The notes beneath the pieces are model-generated. The model was not told the DNA's origin. It saw nothing but the letters and a program-made list of their open reading frames with translations, and did not search any database. From assembly GCA_004431415.1 (NCBI GenBank), contig QPMI01000414.1, positions 113,257 to 177,256 of the forward strand: a DNA stretch of 64,000 bases, read 5' to 3'. Within the stretch, counting starts at the first letter, position 1. Each line of letters starts with the position of its first letter. Origin of the DNA: Cyanophora paradoxa CCMP329. Taxonomy: Eukaryota > Plantae > Glaucophyta. Below, one piece after another: positions 57,661-64,000 of this stretch. Both the position numbers and the translations under genes were made by a program.

Positions 57661-60600
57661 CGCGCAGCTGCTTCGCGGAGTCTACAATCAGGCACGCCCC
57701 CTGCGATCGGCTGGACCGCGGTGCGGCGCGCGGCAGCGTCCGGGCTGCACGGGGCGGTCAGCGGGGCGCGGCGCAGAAGAGGGCTCGGGGGACGATGAAC
57801 GTGGATTTGAAGAGTGCGCAGAGCATTGATGTGGTACGCGTCGGCGCGCGTCGTGCGGCGCTGGCTGCAGCGGGGCGAGCGGAGTCGCGAGTGTCAGCGA
57901 AGGAGCTCGAGACGACGGCGCGCGCGGCGCGGGGAGTGCGCGCGGGGAGGACGAAGCGTACCGCGGTGAGAAAGTACTACGCCGAGTGCGTGTGCGAGAG
58001 GGCGAGGCTGTAGGCGGACGGGCCGGGGCGCGGGCCGGGACGCTGCAGCTGGCGCTCGCGGGCCCCGCGCCTGAGAAGAAGACGAGCCGCGGGCTTTCGA
58101 GGACTTCGAACGTGCGTTTCAGGCTGCATAGAGACCGGAGAGCGCGTGCGGCGTGCGATCGCGCGGATACGCTGCGAGCCGGGCCGCCTGGCGCTGGCGC
58201 ACCGGATTCCCGGAAATCTCCTGCCGAAATTCCCGGACCTGGGCCGACCTGCTGCCCCCCCCCTCCCCCCCCCCCCCTGGGCCGTGCCTGCTCGACCTAG
58301 GCCGACTGACTAGGCACACCCCGGCGGCGGTTATTAGTATTTTACTGCCTATGTTAAGTTATCTGGTAATTTTGAAATCTTTTTAGGTTCTTTTTCAAAC
58401 AAATATTAGCGCTGCTGCGCATGACGCATTGATGTTCCTTGAGTTTTAGTACTGCAGCCGAGTCAAAACGGGCCATATTTAATTTGGCACTGACGAAAAC
58501 CTCGAGTCTCGATGTTCTCCGTTGCGCATTCCGTGCGGACCGTGCCTTCTCCTGATGAGCCCGTACAGACATATATATACTATGATAATGTAAGTTTAAC
58601 TTAAGTGCTGCTCACTCATTTATTACATATATCTTTTGAGAGACTACGGTGCGGGGACGCCGGCGCGCGCCGGCGATCGCGAGCCTCGGAGGCTGCCGGA
58701 GCCCCTTTAAATTTAATTTGTTTTGTGGAGCGAGCCCCCCGTAGCCTGGGCCGTAGGTAGAAATATTCTGTCTCTAGAGTCTAGATTATAGACTAGATCT
58801 GCTCGGTACCGGTCTAGCTGGTTCGCTTATCGTCTCTTCTCGATTTGTCTCTGTGTCTTTCCTTTTTTATTGTCGATTCTGGCTTTTTTTTGTCTCAGAG
58901 TCTTGTCTTTCCTCGTGCTCTCGTCTTAGTTATTTTGCTTTTTGTGTCCCTCTGCCCCCGGCCCTGGCCATGGGCAGCCCCCGCAGTGCTGGCGTCTATA
59001 GAGACTGTGGCCGGTAATTCATCAAAACAAAAGGTAGAAATATTAAAGGATATGTCACAGTGTTTGTGGACGTCGCATTGCAATTGGTACACCACGGCAC
59101 ATGTACAATGTTCTACTTGACGTGCCTTCCGACGATCAGCTAGCTAGCCGAAGATGCTAGCTAGGTGCCGGCCATGGGTCGCTCAATATGGGAGGTTCGC
59201 CTGAGTGGGGGAGACATGGTTTTCGCAGATATCGATAGCCGTAAACTTTGAAACCATGCATATGTCTCCCCACTCAGGCCAACCCTTGCGCCCCTTCCCT
59301 CCCCACCGCCCGACCCCGCCCGCCTCGAGCCCGCCTTTTAAAGGCAAGCTTAAGACGCGACCCCCCTCTCCCCTCCCCATGGCCACATGCACGTTAAGCC
59401 CTTCCCCCCTTCTCACCCCCTCCCTCCTCCCCCCCTCCCCCCCCCCCCCCCCCCCGCCCCGTCCCTCTCTGCACGTTCTCCATATGCATCAATTTCCTCA
59501 ACCGACCCCCACCCCCCATCCCCCACCGGTACCCCCATCCCCACCACCCCATCCTCCGGCCTCGAGCTCCTTTAAAACTTTCCGAAGGCGCCTTTACTAG
59601 TTAATTTGTGGAACATGAAAAGCGACCCCGGACCGCCCCCGGCGGCCCCTGGCCATGGCCTGTGTGCATGCCGTGCCCCTGACGCCGACCGTTGAACGGC
59701 GCGGCGCGGCTCGGCTCCGATCGCGAGGGTTCTAGATCTCCGACCCGATTTTCGAGCTCCAATTGACGACCGAGCCCGTGGACCGCGGGCCCAATCGGTC
59801 GTACGAATAAGAGTACCGTAGTCGCCCAATCGGTCTATGATACCGTAGTAACGAGTACTCATTCATAAAAAGGTCAATTCGTAACAATGATGGCCCAGTG
59901 GACTTAAGGTTCTATTTCTTTTTGCAATTGCAATCGACTCGGCGATCTCGATTGCAAAGTTGCATATGCGCATGCATGCGCAATTAATATCGGACTCGAT
60001 GCTGTGTACACGTATACGTACATGTTAACGTTGGATAATCTTCGGAATGAAGATGCATATATATGAACTTTCGAAGCGTCAATGTCGATATCGAAGCTGA
60101 AGGCCTTCCCGAAGCCCAGGCCGATATCGATATCGATATGAGAAGATTTGCATTAGCACACAACAACAGCTTACTAGCCATAGGGTTTCGGAATTCACAT
60201 TGCCCAACATAAACCTCTCCGACTGGGTTCTCAGTCTATCCGGCCGCGGGGACCGTCGAGCGCTGCGTTAAATCCGATCTACTTCGTATATCACGGCGAT
60301 TATAGCCGGAGTTCTATCTAAATTGAGGCTACGGCCCGCCTTAAGCTTGCCGTACGACGTCGACCGTCCGACGGTCTACAGGAGGTGCTCGTTCGCGAAG
60401 AAATGGGCGCCCGCCTCGACCTCGATGGCCGCGAGCCCAGCGTCGTCCATCGCGGCGGGGCCATCGGAGTAAGCGTACGCGTCGGCGTCCGCTGCCTCCT
60501 CCTGGTCCGGGGGGGGGGGGGGGGGGGGGGGTCGGCCTCAGCACTTCGAGAAGGCCCAGCTTGGGGGAAGGAGCGGAGCAGGCACCGAGGTGGGGTCGGC

Positions 60601-61169
60601 GTCGGCGCTGTACTCGTACACGCGCACGACGTTCGCCGTCCTCGGTCGAGCGCCTTGAGCGTCCTGCACACGCGGCGGCGCCGCGCGCGATTAGTGATCA
60701 TAAGTCAGCTTGCAATCCCCGGAACTTCGAATTCAGAAGCATCGATATCATGGCATAGATCGGACCGTATACGTATGTAATCTATATATCTATAATCTAT
60801 CGTACCAGGTCGCCATTCTGAAGCACAGCGATGGTGTTGGCATCGACCAGCCGTGTGATCCTCGGGCTGCATGCGGGCCGCGCGTATATATCAGTAACTC
60901 AAAAACAGAAGAGTACTACAGCTAGATATCATATATGTGCACAGTTGCAGCTTGATCGCGACAGCGCACCAAGAGTAAGAGAACAAGCCGGCAGCGCTAG
61001 AACTGCCCGTGGCTGGCAGACTCGTGAAGGTGCAGGCTGACAGTGGCGAGCCAGAGCCCGGCGGCGAGGTCGGCGACCTAATCGGAAGCGACGCTCGCGA
61101 TCGCTCAGTTATGATCATGTGCGCGCTCGTCAGTTGACATCGCGAATGCGAGGTACGCACAGGGTGCCC

Positions 61170-62358
61170 TTGACAATCACTCCGTCAGTGTTCGCGTAGT
61201 ACTGCTTGCTCAGATCTGCGGACATGCATATGATCAGCAATGCGTTCGGGGGAATAGACCAGAAAAATTGCCCTTTAACATTCATTTGATCAGACGACCG
61301 GCTGCGGGCCGGCGCACCACCCAGCGAGAGAGTCGAGGTCTTGGTGGTGCCACTGAGATCATTGCAGGTGGCGGAGACAGAGGCGTCGCCTTGATTCAGT
61401 ACGTGCATCGCGCTATCAGCAAGCAGGATACATAGCCGCGATCGAAAGCAACCCAATACTCCGCCCGCACGGCCTCACGCACTCATGTCCGCGCTGATGT
61501 TCGTGGTCACTCCGGTGCACTTTGCGAAGGTGTTGCCCACGGCGGCTTGCACGCTGAGTTGCACCGCCTGCGAGCTGCAGTTAGGAGATCTAGAGACCAT
61601 AGATATCGATGTAGCAGCGCTAGCTGCGCATGCAGCCGCTGAGCGGATCATACGCGCGGATCCGGCCTCGGACCTTCGTCGGGACGAGCTTGCCGTCATC
61701 ACCAACTTGGATGACAGATCCCAAATCGAGGCTTGATGAGGCGTTTGTGCCGGCCCCGCAATCGGCGGTGCCACCGTACGAGCCGGGCAACGTGCCGGTT
61801 ATCTTGATGCCGACGGTCGTTCCGCTGAACGTTTGGGAGGCGAACTTGACCCAGTTCGGTGCACTCGTGGCGAGCGCAGAGGCGGCCTGAGTGCCGTCCA
61901 CGGGGTCTGCGCATGCACATAGGACTTATTAGCTGAAAGGAAAACCATCCCAAGCGACACGGCCAGGCTGGAACTGACAACGCGTGACTTGCGGAAACGT
62001 TCCAGCGATGACCACGCCCGTCCTAAGCCGGCAATAAAACTCCCGGCGTTAGGGCACAAGGCGTGTGAGTAGGTGTTCGTTGTGCCAGTGGCTTTCATCC
62101 ATGCTAGGCCGTCCTGGGTCAAGGTGAACTTCACCCCGACATTGCTGTTGAGGTCTGCGCGCGTTGCACGAGTTAATTATAAATTACGCGACGGCTGTAC
62201 GCATGCCTAGGCCAGGTGAGCGCACCGATGGAGGACGTGACGGTGGTGCCGTCGGCGGCCTTGCACGTCGCGTTGAGGATAGAACCCCATCGGTCCGTCG
62301 CATTCTTCTTCGTCAGGGAGATGCCTGAGCAGTTCGTGGTGTTGAACGGAGTCGGCAT
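61170..62358 (-). CDS. Host cyanovirin-N-like (CVNH) repeat lectin, multi-exon
   Basis: F..TNCSGISL...ILNATCKAADGTTVTSSI/DLNSNVG; ADCGAG...SSSLDLGSVIQVGDDGKLV; VSATCNDLSGTTKTSTL/DLSKQYYANTDG. Confidence 0.55.
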
Positions 62359-63328
62359 GGCGGATCCGGAGCTGGAGCTGTAGCTAGGCGATCAGCTGCA
62401 GCTGGACGTTCTGAACCGGCTCGCGATCGGCCGCGGGCGCGGGCGGAGACAACACTGTCACAACAGTCTGACAACTGCTGTCACAGTGCTGTGACTAGCC
62501 TCGTACGCGTCGGCTTACCGTAGTACTACGGTACTGCGGTAGTAGTATACTGTAGAACTGGTTAATTTAGTACAGGAAAATAATTAGTACTTCGCGATTT
62601 TGCTCATTTTAGTGGGCGGGAAATATTTGGTAGGTCCGGCCAAACCGCTCCCTAGGGGGCGTCAGCGGAGGCCCCCCCCCCGCCCCCCCGCGCCCCCGCC
62701 GCTTAGCTTCCTCTGCGAGCACGGCAGCATTCACAGCCACGATCTCCTCCGCCTCCTTCACGCTGGACGCTTTCGATGGGTCGGGCGCCGGCAGCCCGCG
62801 CGCGCAGCATCGCGGGGTCGTTCAGCGCCACGGCGCTGCGGCTGGGCGGCATCTGCTTCTCCGGCAGACGTGCGCTCGACTCGCTCGCCTTCTCGCCTAC
62901 TCTGCCAAAGAACGACCAGGCGCCCGCCAGCGGCCGCGCCTTCTGATAGACCGTCGTCGTGTCGGGCTCGGGCCAAGCTTAAGGCGTGGCTGCTCGGCTG
63001 GCCGGCCTTTCATCGCTGGAGCTCGGCGGCGACGCCTGGCGCTTAGCTACACGCTTGGGCGGCATGCTTTCCCGCGCTCAAGGCCTTTTCGAACGGTACC
63101 CCCCCCCTCCCCGCCTCTTTAGTGAGCGATAAAACTTTGTTACTTCGCTCAAAAATGTTTAGTACTATAAATATGCAGCCCACTAAATATTTCTGGTTCT
63201 CCAGTAACTTGCCCAGTTGTAGACTCTAGTAGACTAGATATAGTACTCAGTGACTAGAATTTCTGCGGACGTACCGCTAGTACCGTAGTAGTACGGTAGT
63301 ACCGGTCCGCTACACTCAGTGACTGTCA

Positions 63329-63645
63329 GGCTGAAATCCGGTAGGGCGTTTTTGGCCAAAGCTTAGCTAATCGCAGGTACTTAGCGCGTTTGCAGAGGTA
63401 CCATTACATCATTACGGAACATGTTAGAGGTTTTACAAGCTAGCGAAGTGCGATTTGGTAACTTTCTTGGCGCCGGTATGGCCATACCGGCGCCAAGGCC
63501 AACTCGCTAGCTTCAAGCAAACCTCTACGATGCTGCTCCTAGTAATTCGCTAGGAGTCGGACTAGTCCGAGTCGGAACTAAGCTAGCGACGAAGCTTAAT
63601 TATATAAGCTAAAACCGCTTAAGAAATCCCTACCGGATTTCAGCC
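63329..63645. mobile_element. PIF/Harbinger-like MITE (317 bp)
   Basis: 18-bp perfect TIR ggctgaaatccggtaggg / ccctaccggatttcagcc, flanked by TCA on both sides; central 32-bp perfect palindrome 63466-63497. Confidence 0.8.
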
Positions 63646-64000
63646 TCATCAGTGTGACACGTGCACTGTGTGACACCGTGCCGGAGACGGAGGGAAATAT
63701 TTAGTATTTTTTTTGAGAGACTACGGTGGGCGAACCCCCGTAGGTAGTGATATTAAAGACAACAAAGCAATCACAAATCAAAGATACAGTAAACTAGCAC
63801 AAAATATATACAGAATCAAGAGGGATCACGAGAAGGGACACGATCAGAAGAACGCAAAAGATAAGGAGAACGAGCACGAGGAGAAGGAGTAGAAGAGCTC
63901 AAGGGCGTCGATGCAGAAGTACTAGTCACACTAGAACGACGAGGAGCACGGGGACGCAGCAAATAAGGAGAACGAGCACGAGGAACTACAGTCGAAGACG

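Noticed and set aside
62455-62495. Host TGTCAC/GTGAC cluster resembling the viral iterons
   Set aside because: Only the 6-mer core matches; it lacks the 9-bp periodicity and AT-rich centre.

Overview
GC-rich, intron-dense eukaryotic (protist/algal) DNA interrupted by a sharply bounded AT-rich 26.9 kb endogenous DNA virus at 29761-56671. The element is Polinton-like: about 1.4-1.6 kb terminal inverted repeats, each ending in a 95-nt fold-back hairpin; protein-primed family B polymerase; rve integrase; PrimPol-SF3 (D5-like) helicase; A32-like packaging ATPase; a probable double-jelly-roll major capsid protein; and two head-to-head penton genes. No maturation protease was recognised. Its accessory cargo is unusual: four paralogous fibre-like genes with a shared N-terminal domain and swapped tips (two with C1q), a long phage-style HxH-repeat fibre, a patatin-discoidin fusion and a bacterial-type S-adenosylmethionine decarboxylase. 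Its polymerase appears to have lost all proofreading motifs, and an iteron-like origin module occurs five times. Many viral ORFs carry small frameshifts (decay or long-read error). Host flanks encode 6-phosphogluconate dehydrogenase, a phytyl-ester-synthase-like acyltransferase, two F-box/LRR-like proteins, a TmcB-like membrane protein containing a tRNA-derived SINE, a cyanovirin-like lectin and a Harbinger-like MITE. Phe-containing transit-peptide-like N-termini and short GC-rich introns suggest a glaucophyte such as Cyanophora (inference only). All family calls come from motifs read by eye; no searches were run.
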